In this document: positions 8,686-17,301 of the stretch, in pieces
Layout: each line of letters starts with the position of its first letter
Numbering within the stretch: position 1 is the first letter of the stretch
Position numbers and translations under genes: made by a program
Origin: a virus
Lineage: Duplodnaviria > Heunggongvirae > Uroviricota > Caudoviricetes
Strand: one strand, 5' to 3'
Virus record (IMG/VR): IMGVR_UViG_643348544_000005
Length of the DNA: 49,714 bases
The notes under the pieces: model-generated
The model's input: the letters and a program-made list of their open reading frames with translations, nothing else
Told to the model about the DNA's origin: nothing
Database searches by the model: none

Positions 8686-9585
8686 ATGATTGATCCACTT
8701 ATTAGAAACTTACAGAGTGATATTGCACTACTCCAGCTTTATATCGCGCAACGCAAACAGGCAGGCTTTCATGACATGGAAAGAATAATTGAGTCATTGA
8801 CCATCTTTATGTTTCGCGCGCTGAAAATGGGTGAACTGGTAAACATGAATCAGATTAAAGTTAATTTTCCCGCCATTGATTTAGCTGATAATAAAAACAT
8901 GATAGCAGTTCAAGTTACTACGAATGCAAGTCCAGCAAAAATTAAAAAAACTATCGAATCTTTTGAGGAAACAAATGAAATAGGAGAGAGTCTGAAAGAT
9001 AAATACTCTACTTTATATATTTTTGGTTTTTGTAAAGCCTCAAGATACCTAACTCCAAGTTATTGTAAAATAATCGACCCCAGCCATTTCGTGAATGAAC
9101 TTTGCGATAAAGCAGATGAAGATATGGTCCAGGATATGATTGACGCCATTCGACGCCATCATGATTATACATCATTACATCCATGGAGTGATAAAGATTC
9201 ACTCGAAATTATACTCAATATTATTAATCGCAATGCAATAAAACATCGGATGAGTTGCGAAGGCAGTCTGTCTGATATGCTTACTGGTTTAAAAGAAATT
9301 AATGAAGTAATTACAAAAGGAACAATTCAACGTAAGCAACGTTCAAAATCGATATCTGACTTCAAAGATCAAAGCATGGTGAAATTTATGAGAGGTGTAA
9401 TGGATGATTTGTCTGTTATTCAAGCCATAGTGAACAAATCTAAAGTTAACCAAGGTGATATGGTTTATATAAGCCATGAAGATATGATTAATATTGATAA
9501 ATTAAAAGCTAAAATAGCAAGTGATTCATCAGAGATTGCAAGGCTAAATAATATTGATATAACACTAAATGTTGTTGATTTATAA
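8686..9585 (+). CDS. SMEK-like domain protein (candidate accessory/defence gene in AT-rich island)
   Basis: 299-aa ORF, ATG 8686 with AAGGA SD; AT-rich codon usage unlike flanking phage genes; N-terminal …VNFPAIDLADNKNMIAVQVTTNASPAKIKKTIESFEE… resembles, from memory, the SMEK N-terminal domain family; unverified. Confidence 0.6.
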   Translation: MIDPLIRNLQSDIALLQLYIAQRKQAGFHDMERIIESLTIFMFRALKMGELVNMNQIKVNFPAIDLADNKNMIAVQVTTNASPAKIKKTIESFEETNEIGESLKDKYSTLYIFGFCKASRYLTPSYCKIIDPSHFVNELCDKADEDMVQDMIDAIRRHHDYTSLHPWSDKDSLEIILNIINRNAIKHRMSCEGSLSDMLTGLKEINEVITKGTIQRKQRSKSISDFKDQSMVKFMRGVMDDLSVIQAIVNKSKVNQGDMVYISHEDMINIDKLKAKIASDSSEIARLNNIDITLNVVDL

Positions 9586-9899
9586 TTGTCGATTTAGCAA
9601 AACAGAGAATGCTTTGAAAGTTTCACCGAGAAATATTTATTGTGAACCTCCTTATTGTTTATCGACTTTTACTCTCCGCTCATTGCAGTACTGTCGGAGA
9701 AGGCTACTATGTACAAGAAGCAGCTAACATAAGCGAGCATCACTATTGATATTAGGAAGAGTATATAAAAACTTCATGCTGAACCTTACAAAAGTAGGTA
9801 AACCGGCAATGGCCTAAGTGGCAGGGTCATGTTGATCCGGCACTGCCGAGCTAATAATTAACAAGCAAATCACTCTTTCTAATAATTTGTTGAAATAAA

Positions 9900-10559
9900 C
9901 TAAATATGTATATGTTTACCAACAACCACATATGAACTACCTGCTTTGCTCCATGATTTTATTATTTCTAAATTATTATCTGAGCATATTTTACTTACAG
10001 TATCCACATCTAATAAACCATAGTAGAAAGCATTACGAGAGTTTTGGTATATATACCCATGCAAATGTTTAATACCGCTCTCGTACCTCTTGAAATAAGA
10101 ACTTTTGTATTGATTGACAATCAGTGCTTCACCATCACTCTTTAATAATTCTCTAATCGCACTGAGGACTTTGTGAATTGTGGATTCACATGGAATTGCG
10201 GAAAGCACGTTTGCGCAAAGTATGAAATCATAATGATTTGTTATTTTATCTATATTTTCATAAGAAACAATATTAGCATTCTTATAGTTATTTATCACGT
10301 AATCTGGAATCGTGGTTTGTACACCTCTGATAATTTGCACTCTTTCTAGTTGTCTTCTGGAATCTAAAAATGTCACAGTTTCAAATTTATTTACTAATTG
10401 TTCTGAATATCTAAGTTTTCCACATCCAAAATCAAGGGCATTGCCATTTTTATTAGTGCTTTCAATCTGTTTACAGAGATAGTTAGATGGCATAGTGTGC
10501 GGTTTCGCTGCATTTTCTGAACGTATGTTTATTCCATTTATTTTGTAATTCAAAATCAA
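9900..10559 (-). CDS. Class I SAM-dependent methyltransferase
   Basis: 219-aa ORF (track start is TTG at 10559; alternative ATG at 10493); glycine-rich SAM motif …ALDFGCGKLRY… followed by acidic …VTFLDSR…; begins 7 bp after the stop of the upstream membrane-protein gene. Confidence 0.65.
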   Translation of the reverse strand: MILNYKINGINIRSENAAKPHTMPSNYLCKQIESTNKNGNALDFGCGKLRYSEQLVNKFETVTFLDSRRQLERVQIIRGVQTTIPDYVINNYKNANIVSYENIDKITNHYDFILCANVLSAIPCESTIHKVLSAIRELLKSDGEALIVNQYKSSYFKRYESGIKHLHGYIYQNSRNAFYYGLLDVDTVSKICSDNNLEIIKSWSKAGSSYVVVGKHIHI

Positions 10560-10565
10560 CCTCGT

Positions 10566-11261
10566 TTAAAAAATATTGTTATTGTTAAAGAATTCTTTTA
10601 TTTTGCTATCAGGTATTTGTCTTACTTGGCTTTCTGTTCTTGGTTTAACTGATGCTATGAAAATAAGGAAGTCAAATGCGACAAGAGAAATAATCCACAA
10701 CCAAAGATTAATTAAAGAGCCAGTAACAGAGAATATATTTGTTAATTTGGCGATACTTATTATTAAAATAGTAACAAATGCGATTACTGTATGTTCAAAG
10801 AAAACCCAAAAGTAATAAACTTTGTTCCAGAAAAGTTCAACGTAATGTTTGTCTTTTAACTCTTTAACTTCTGGGTAATACAGTTTACTCATTACCTTGT
10901 GAGATTCATCAGTAGTTAATTTTCTCGTAACGCCTGCAATTTTTGCTAATGGTTTAATAATTAAATGACTATCCCACATCTTCCTTATTCCAATAATTTT
11001 TGCTACATTATTATGTAGATCTAAAGCTCCACTAATTACTGACCAAAAAACTGAAGATGCAATTGGTAATATGCCAAAGGTTAATATCCATTTAATAAAT
11101 TCCTCGTAGTCTTTAACGGGGGGGATATACTTGGCATTAATGCCAACCAATGGCATGTAGCCATAAATGACTAATGATAGGTAAAATATAAATGTAGTAA
11201 TAAAAGTCGCCTTATGGAGCATAGGCAACATTTCATTATAACTCTTTGGTGGTTCTAACAT
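10566..11261 (-). CDS. Hypothetical 4-TM membrane protein
   Basis: 231-aa frame from ATG 11259-11261 with GGAGAG SD (MLEPPKSYNEMLPMLHK…); four long hydrophobic segments; AT-rich; co-directional and tightly linked with the methyltransferase. Confidence 0.65.
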   Translation of the reverse strand: MLEPPKSYNEMLPMLHKATFITTFIFYLSLVIYGYMPLVGINAKYIPPVKDYEEFIKWILTFGILPIASSVFWSVISGALDLHNNVAKIIGIRKMWDSHLIIKPLAKIAGVTRKLTTDESHKVMSKLYYPEVKELKDKHYVELFWNKVYYFWVFFEHTVIAFVTILIISIAKLTNIFSVTGSLINLWLWIISLVAFDFLIFIASVKPRTESQVRQIPDSKIKEFFNNNNIF

Positions 11262-12003
11262 TTTACTCTCCAAACATTCAAAAAAAAGCTAATCTTCTAT
11301 AATAACGAAATTCAGCTGGCACAATTAAAGATTAATTGCCACCAATTTCTTGATTTTATAATTTTATCTAAATGTTTTTGATTAATCTAGTCCTAAAAGA
11401 AACCTACTGCATAAATATTTATGCTGATGACCCACTCCCTGTTCGTTAACACATAGCAACGTTAGTAATGCATCCTAAGTGATCAATATTTTTGCTAGCT
11501 TCATCTGCTCGCTCAAAGGGAACTATAATGTTGGCTTGCGTGTGACTTGGCATGTTTAAAGAAGTGCTGGTGGTGACTGGTTGCTGTTTTCCATTTCCAC
11601 AGAACAAAATCATAGAAACTATACCCAGTAGTTGTATTGAATCACTGACGAGACAGCCTCATATTTATCAGGACTGGTGTACGTCCAATACAGGAGGTTG
11701 TGGTGCTGGTTCTCAAATGTGCGCTGGCTATTGCTGCTGTAATGGCAATTTATTGTCTTGCTGTTGTTCTTATGGATCACCTTTCTGATTGATTTCATAT
11801 TGGCGAGGTAACGGTAGTTAAGTAGAATTGCTGCGGGTGCTTGAGGCTATCTGCCTCGGGCATCAACACCAAAGGCAGATAGAGAAAAGCCCCAGTTAAC
11901 ATTACGCGTCCGGCAAGACGCTTAACATTAATCTGAGGCCATATCTATGCTCTACACACGTAGGTTAGCCTCTTACGTGCCGAAAGGCAAGGAGAAGCAG
12001 GCT

Positions 12004-12159
12004 ATGAAGCAGCAAAAGGCGATGCTAATCGCCCTGATCGTCATCTGTTTAACCGTCATAGTGACGGCACTGGTAACGAGGAAAGACCTCTGCGAGGTAC
12101 GAATCCGAACCGGCCAGACGGAGGTCGCTGTCTTCACAGCTTACGAACCTGAGGAGTAA
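12004..12159 (+). CDS. hokD: Hok/Gef-family type I toxin (HokD/RelF-like)
   Basis: 51-aa frame MKQQKAMLIALIVICLTVIVTALVTRKDLCEVRIRTGQTEVAVFTAYEPEE matches recollected HokD; upstream leader has hok-mRNA-like inverted repeats; in-frame upstream extension (from 11947) is the mok-like leader, not a separate gene. Confidence 0.85.
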   Translation: MKQQKAMLIALIVICLTVIVTALVTRKDLCEVRIRTGQTEVAVFTAYEPEE

Positions 12160-12229
12160 GAGACCCGGCGAGGGAGAAATCCCTCGCCACCTCTGATGTG
12201 GCAGGCATCCTCAACGCACCCGCACTTAA

Positions 12230-12250
12230 CCCGCTTCGGCGGGTTTTTGT
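12230..12250 (+). terminator. Intrinsic terminator after hok
   Basis: CCCGC-TTCG-GCGGG hairpin followed by TTTTT. Confidence 0.6.
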
Positions 12251-12375
12251 TTTTATTTTCAACGCGTTTGAAGTTCTGGACGGTGCCGGAATAGAATCAA
12301 AAATACTTAAGTAGCGCGCAGGGATAAGAGGGATGGTCCCTTAAAGGGGAGAGCTAATTATCCGGAAGGATTCTG

Positions 12376-12627
12376 ATGATGAACATCGAAGAACTGCGTA
12401 AAATTTTTTGTGAAGATGGCCTCTATGCTGTGTGCGTTGAAAATGGAAATATTGTTAGTCATTACCGCATTGTGTGTTTGCAAAAAAATGGGGCTGCGTT
12501 AATTAATTTTGTGGATGCCCGAGTGACGGACGGATTTATCTTGCGCGACGGTGAGTTTGTCACTTCATTACAGGCATTGAAAGAGATCGGAATAAAAGCT
12601 GGCTTTTCTGCTTTTTCAGAAGAATAA
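12376..12627 (+). CDS. Hypothetical small phage protein
   Basis: 83-aa ORF, ATG 12376 with GGAAGGA SD. Confidence 0.5.
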   Translation: MMNIEELRKIFCEDGLYAVCVENGNIVSHYRIVCLQKNGAALINFVDARVTDGFILRDGEFVTSLQALKEIGIKAGFSAFSEE

Positions 12628-12693
12628 ACTCATCTACAATCTTGCGCGGGGCTGAACTCCCGCTGAGTAACACCGTGCCACCGGAGAAAACCG

Positions 12694-12972
12694 ATGGCAC
12701 GCAACGCAAAATATTACAATCATGATAATTCGACCGTTCTTGCCCACACGCACGAGCGGTATTCTCATGCATTTAAGTCAGACTGGTACCAGCATCCCCC
12801 ATGCACTGAAGAACAGGCCGAATGGCTCATTCAGTGTTACCGCAGGCGCGGATGCGAGGTTAAAAAAGCCCTTAGCCTCGACTACCGTCACTGGATAATC
12901 TCCGTCAGGCTCCCTTACTCCGAACGGCCACCGCGTCCGTCCCGCACATTCCAGCAACGTATCTGGAGGTAA
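12694..12972 (+). CDS. Hypothetical phage protein (nin-region)
   Basis: 92-aa ORF; its stop (12970-12972) is followed after one nucleotide by the GTG start of the next gene (coupled). Confidence 0.45.
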   Translation: MARNAKYYNHDNSTVLAHTHERYSHAFKSDWYQHPPCTEEQAEWLIQCYRRRGCEVKKALSLDYRHWIISVRLPYSERPPRPSRTFQQRIWR

Positions 12973-12973
12973 C

Positions 12974-14023
12974 GTGCGGGTATTACTTCGACCTGTTCTG
13001 GTACCGGAACTCGGGCTGGTGATCGTTAAGCCGGGCCGTGAATCCATGCCGGTATTCCACAATACCCGGGTACTGGTGGAGCCGGAACCGAAAAGCATGC
13101 GTAATCTGTCGTCCGGGGTCGTTCCTGCCGTTCGCCAGCCGCTGGCGGAGGATAAATCATTACTGCCATTTTTCAGCGACGAACGAGTGATTCGTGCTGC
13201 TGGTGGCGCTGGCGCATTGTCTGACTGGTTACTGCGCCATGTTAAATCCTGCCAGTGGCCACACGGCGATTATCACCACAGTGAAACCGTCATTCACCGT
13301 TATGGTACCGGCGCAATGGTGTTGTGCTGGCACTGCGACAACCAGCTGCGCGACCAGACCTCCGAATCACTCGGGCAACTTGCTCACCAAAACCTGTCTG
13401 CATGGATGATTGACGTCATACTCCATGCAATGAATGGCTCGCAGGAACGGGAATTATCGCTGGCTGAATTATCCTGGTGGGCGGTCCGCAATCAGGTGGC
13501 GGACGCGCTACCGGAAGCGGTATTACGTCGTTCGCTGGGGTTGCGTGCGGAAAAAATCCGCTCAATGTACCGTGAAAGCGACATCGTACCGGGAGAGCAG
13601 ACCGCCACCAGCATACTGAAACAGCGCACAAAAAATCTTGCGCCGCTGCCTCACGCCCACCAGCAACAGAACCCACCACAGGAAAAGACGGTGGTCAGGA
13701 TTGCCGTTGATCCTGAGTCTCCGGAATCTTTCATGAAACGACCTAAACGTCGCCGCTGGGTTAACGAGAAATACACTCGCTGGGTGAAGACACAGCCGTG
13801 TGCGTGTTGTGGTAAGCCAGCCGACGATCCCCATCACCTGATTGGTCATGGTCAGGGCGGAATGGGGACAAAATCTCACGATATTTTCACGCTACCGCTG
13901 TGTCGGGAGCATCACAACGAGTTTCATGCGGATCCGCTGGCGTTCGAAGAAAAGCATGGTTCTCAGGTTGATTTAATTTTTCGTTTTCTTGATCACGCCT
14001 TTGCAACTGGCGTGCTTGGGTAA
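12974..14023 (+). CDS. DUF968-like phage protein with C-terminal Cys/His (HNH-like) cluster
   Basis: 349-aa ORF, GTG 12974 with GGAGG 4 nt upstream; C-terminal …CACCGKPADDPHHL…CREHHNEFH…; conserved position upstream of rusA. Confidence 0.6.
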   Translation: MRVLLRPVLVPELGLVIVKPGRESMPVFHNTRVLVEPEPKSMRNLSSGVVPAVRQPLAEDKSLLPFFSDERVIRAAGGAGALSDWLLRHVKSCQWPHGDYHHSETVIHRYGTGAMVLCWHCDNQLRDQTSESLGQLAHQNLSAWMIDVILHAMNGSQERELSLAELSWWAVRNQVADALPEAVLRRSLGLRAEKIRSMYRESDIVPGEQTATSILKQRTKNLAPLPHAHQQQNPPQEKTVVRIAVDPESPESFMKRPKRRRWVNEKYTRWVKTQPCACCGKPADDPHHLIGHGQGGMGTKSHDIFTLPLCREHHNEFHADPLAFEEKHGSQVDLIFRFLDHAFATGVLG

Positions 14024-14035
14024 AAGAGGTGACTG

Positions 14036-14395
14036 ATGCTCATAGATTTGGTTTTACCTTACCCACCGACGGTGAACACTTACTGGCGACGCCGTGGCAG
14101 CACATATTTTATCTCGGAGGAGGGAAAGCGTTATCGCCGGACTGTGGCGCTTATTGTTCGCCAGCAGCGGCTGAAATTAAGCCTGTCCGGAAGGCTGGTA
14201 ATCAGGATTATTGCAGAGCCACCGGATAAGCGCCGTCGCGACCTGGACAATATCCTGAAAGCACCACTGGATGCGCTGACGCATGCAGGACTGTTAATGG
14301 ACGATGAGCAGTTTGATGAAATCAATATTGTACGTGGCCAGCCAGTATCAGGTGGACGGCTGGAGATAAAAATTACAGATGTGGGGTGTGCATGA
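14036..14395 (+). CDS. rusA: Holliday junction resolvase RusA
   Basis: 119-aa ORF MLIDLVLPYPPTVNTYW…RRDLDNILKAPLDAL… matches RusA family; AGAGG SD. Confidence 0.9.
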   Translation: MLIDLVLPYPPTVNTYWRRRGSTYFISEEGKRYRRTVALIVRQQRLKLSLSGRLVIRIIAEPPDKRRRDLDNILKAPLDALTHAGLLMDDEQFDEINIVRGQPVSGGRLEIKITDVGCA

Positions 14396-15081
14396 ATAAC
14401 CAGTATTTACAGTTTGTTCGTGAGCAACTCATGATTGCCACAGCGGATCTCAGTGGGTCGACAAAAGGCCAGCTGGAAGCCTGGCAGGAAAATGCCCTGT
14501 TCGATACGGGGCGTTACAGGCGTAAAAAAATCCGGTACCGCGATGAAGTGACCGGAAAAATGATCACGCGGGATAATCCACCAATCCCGGGAAAACAATC
14601 GCTGGCGAAGGGGACGTCAATTCCTCTGGTCAGTCAGGTTGCTTTTTCTACATCATCATGGCGGCGGGCTGTTTTGTCTCTTGAAGAACATCATAAAGCC
14701 TGGTTGTTGTGGTGTTACAGCGGAAATACTTGCTGGGAGTATCAGATCGCGATAACGCAGTGGGCATGGACAGAATTTAAGACTCACTCTGGTACCAGGA
14801 AAATTGCAGGGAAGACACAGGAACGCCTGAAAAAATTAATCTGGCTGGCTGCACAGGATGTCAGGAGATGGGTTATAGGACATGATATCTACCAGCAACA
14901 GGAGCTTGCCCGTCTGTGTGGGATTAAGCCTGACAACTGGAGCCACAATTATGTGAGCTACTGGCGTGAAATACTCGACATTTTTATGAACCTCGATACC
15001 GAATCTCTGATTTGCACTGTGAAAAGGAGAGCTCAACAAAAAGCGGCATTTTTGCAGCGAGATATTGCAAAAGTCAATTAG
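14392..15081 (+). CDS. Late-gene antiterminator Q-like protein
   Basis: 229-aa frame from ATG 14392 overlapping rusA stop; sits between rusA and a PR'/tR'-like promoter-terminator, the standard Q position; family assignment by position and size. Confidence 0.6.
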   Translation: MNNQYLQFVREQLMIATADLSGSTKGQLEAWQENALFDTGRYRRKKIRYRDEVTGKMITRDNPPIPGKQSLAKGTSIPLVSQVAFSTSSWRRAVLSLEEHHKAWLLWCYSGNTCWEYQIAITQWAWTEFKTHSGTRKIAGKTQERLKKLIWLAAQDVRRWVIGHDIYQQQELARLCGIKPDNWSHNYVSYWREILDIFMNLDTESLICTVKRRAQQKAAFLQRDIAKVN

Positions 15082-15130
15082 ATAGCATATATTTTATGTA
15101 AATGTGATATATTGCTGTAAAGTGTATAAA

Positions 15131-15154
15131 CCCGCTCAAATGTGCGGGTTTTTT
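15131..15154 (+). terminator. tR'-like intrinsic terminator downstream of Q
   Basis: CCCGC-TCAAATGT-GCGGG hairpin followed by TTTTTT; candidate -35/-10 (TTGCAA…TATATT) lies ~40-60 bp upstream, consistent with a late promoter and short leader. Confidence 0.5.
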
Positions 15155-15227
15155 GCTTAACTCTGTGGACCTTTTTATCTGTAGTTGTAATATATGGATA
15201 TTGTTACAATTTAGGTCGGTGAGCTTA

Positions 15228-15992
15228 ATGGAAGAACAGCACGGTAATTACTTTATAAAACGAATTCAGTTGATTGGAAGAGGGGCATTTGGCTTTGTTG
15301 AACACGTTAAGGTTTACAACCTCAATAAAGGTGAATGCGGGGATTATGCTAGAAAGGTCTTAGCACCCGAAAAACCAGAGCTTTTGGCGCAAATAGAGCA
15401 GTTTAGAAGGCGTTTTAAAAGGGAGGTTGTGTATCAATCACATTGCGTACATAGCAATATTGTTCCTATTTATTTGTGCGATTTGTTTGTTGAGAATCCA
15501 TGGTTCATTATGGATAAAGCAGAATGTGATCTTGAGCACGAAATAACGAACAACCTTCTTACAACAGATCAAAAAATTTCAATAGTGAAAATGGTATTAG
15601 ATGGTGTAGCTTACATCCATGCCAAAGGCTATTTACACAGAGATATAAAACCCTTTAATGTTTTGCGATTTAGCGACGGAACATACAAGGTGTCTGATTT
15701 TGGTCTGGTAAAAGATACGAATCCCGAAGGGGATACCACTAAATTGACCGAGATCGGTACCCGTATGGGAAGTACAAGATATATGGCTCCCGAGATTTTA
15801 TATAATGCAGAGTATTCAGTTAAGACTGATGTTTATGCTGTGGGACGGTTAATTGAAGACTTAAATTTAGATGATAAAAAAATAAAGCCTATCATAGCTA
15901 AGTGCACAAGGATGGATAAAGATGATAGATATCAGACAATAGATGATGTGGCGTTTGATTTTGCGCATTCTTTTTTAAGGAGTGAGTCATGA
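15228..15992 (+). CDS. Hanks-type (eukaryotic-like) Ser/Thr protein kinase
   Basis: 254-aa frame from ATG 15228; kinase subdomain motifs read directly: GRGAFGFV (Gly loop), YARKV (Lys), HRDIKPFNV (catalytic loop), DFG, APE; AT-rich. Confidence 0.85.
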   Translation: MEEQHGNYFIKRIQLIGRGAFGFVEHVKVYNLNKGECGDYARKVLAPEKPELLAQIEQFRRRFKREVVYQSHCVHSNIVPIYLCDLFVENPWFIMDKAECDLEHEITNNLLTTDQKISIVKMVLDGVAYIHAKGYLHRDIKPFNVLRFSDGTYKVSDFGLVKDTNPEGDTTKLTEIGTRMGSTRYMAPEILYNAEYSVKTDVYAVGRLIEDLNLDDKKIKPIIAKCTRMDKDDRYQTIDDVAFDFAHSFLRSES

Positions 15993-16732
15993 TTCAGCTG
16001 ATAGCAACTTCATCATTCTCGTATCCAAAAGAACCAGGTAGGGTCAACGAAGATTCATTGCTTCCTCCAAAAATTGTAGGAGACGGCATCTTATTTGCCG
16101 TAGCTGATGGTGTAGGTTCATACTCTGGTGCCAGTTATGCTTCATCCATGGCAATCGCTGAACTTTCAGCATTGACAAGTTTATCTTTTGATGCAGTTCC
16201 GAATGTATTTGCTGAAGTTAAGCGAAAAGTTATGTCGTTAGCTGAAGTTAATGATGAGTTCGATAAAGCTGCTACTACACTTACCTTTTGTTATGTTTGT
16301 GATAGCGGAATTATTATTGGTCATATTGGTGATTGTCGCTTGTATTGCATTGGAGAAAAGAAAGCATACCAATTGACGAAGGACGATACCAGACATCAGA
16401 TGTTAATTGATCAGAATATTTTTAAACCCAGAGATTTGAAGAATAAACCGGGAAAAAATATCTTAACGACTGCCATAGCCTCAAATGTTGATATGGAATA
16501 CGACTGTGATTTTATCCCGTGGAAAGATTTGCCTGGTATTAACGGGTTGTATCATCTGTGTATCATGTCTGATGGAGTTCATAACGTTTGGGAAAAACGC
16601 CCCAGATTTACATCAAATACTATGAGTAATAGTCAGAAGTTTTCTAATGGTATTTTGCGTCGTATAGAGAGAGCCGGACCTGATGATGACTTTTCTTTAG
16701 TAAGTATAATGGTGCGTGTGACGTCAGATTAG
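15989..16732 (+). CDS. PP2C-family Ser/Thr protein phosphatase
   Basis: 247-aa ORF, ATG 15989 overlapping kinase stop (ATGA) with AAGGAG SD; PP2C-like motifs …RVNEDS…, …FAVADGVGSYSG…, …MSDGV…. Confidence 0.85.
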   Translation: MIQLIATSSFSYPKEPGRVNEDSLLPPKIVGDGILFAVADGVGSYSGASYASSMAIAELSALTSLSFDAVPNVFAEVKRKVMSLAEVNDEFDKAATTLTFCYVCDSGIIIGHIGDCRLYCIGEKKAYQLTKDDTRHQMLIDQNIFKPRDLKNKPGKNILTTAIASNVDMEYDCDFIPWKDLPGINGLYHLCIMSDGVHNVWEKRPRFTSNTMSNSQKFSNGILRRIERAGPDDDFSLVSIMVRVTSD

Positions 16733-16805
16733 TTGTATAAACCCAGTAGGGAATGCTAATTTCCCATACTACAGAGTAAAGAAAAACTTAATTTTAATGT
16801 GAAAA

Positions 16806-16828
16806 GGCTGCTATCAGGCGGCCTTTTT
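16806..16828 (+). terminator. Intrinsic terminator after kinase-phosphatase operon
   Basis: GGCTGC-TATCAG-GCGGCC hairpin followed by TTTTT. Confidence 0.5.
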
Positions 16829-16842
16829 ATGTCTGAAAAGCT

Positions 16843-17169
16843 GTGCAGTACGTTAAACACGCTTGTGGTTGTGAATGCCGACTGCGGCGGTATTTTGGCG
16901 TGACAGCGCAGGTGCCGTATACCGATGTCTGGACGCATAAACCGGTGCAGTTCTATCCCGGGAAACATCCGTGCGAAAAACCGGCAGAAATGCTGCAGCA
17001 GATAATCAGCGCAAGCAGTCGTCCGGGAGACCTGGTTGCAGATTTTTTTATGGGCTCAGGTTCAACGGTAAAAGCGGCACTGGCGCTCGGGCGTCGTGCG
17101 ATTGGCGTTGAACTGGAGACCGGACGTTTTGAGCAGACAGTCAGGGAAGTTCAGGATTTAATCGTTTGA
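16843..17169 (+). pseudogene. 3' remnant of a DNA (N6-adenine/N4-cytosine) methyltransferase
   Basis: 108-aa frame ending …DLVADFFMGSGSTVKAALALGRRAIGVELE… (SAM-binding motif-I region as found near the C-terminus of some phage DNA methylases); no N-terminal catalytic region; begins immediately after the kinase/phosphatase terminator. Confidence 0.5.
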
Positions 17170-17218
17170 AACGGATGAGATTGCAGAATTAATTACGCAC
17201 CATTATTATTCTGCTCCC

Positions 17219-17294
17219 GGCCCTTTAGCTCAGTGGTGAGAGCGAGCGACTCATAATCGCCAGGTCGCTGGTTCAAATCCAGCAAGGGCCACCA
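17219..17294 (+). tRNA. tRNA with CAU anticodon (Ile2/ileZ-like or Met)
   Basis: Cloverleaf read directly: acceptor GGCCCTT/AAGGGCC (7 bp), D-arm GCTC…GAGC, anticodon loop CTCATAA, T-arm GCTGG-TTCAAAT-CCAGC, encoded CCA. Confidence 0.85.
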
Positions 17295-17301
17295 TCACAT
17301 A

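Noticed and set aside
11552-11788. Cys-rich 78-aa ORF
   Set aside because: Its Cys richness derives from TGC/TGT-rich sequence that in another frame encodes a hydrophobic peptide; no SD for this frame. The alternative 29-codon frame is reported as a finding instead.
11947-12003. N-terminal extension of the hok ORF (70-aa track ORF)
   Set aside because: The toxin matches the 51-aa HokD frame starting at ATG 12004; the upstream in-frame part corresponds to the mok-like leader, not a longer toxin.
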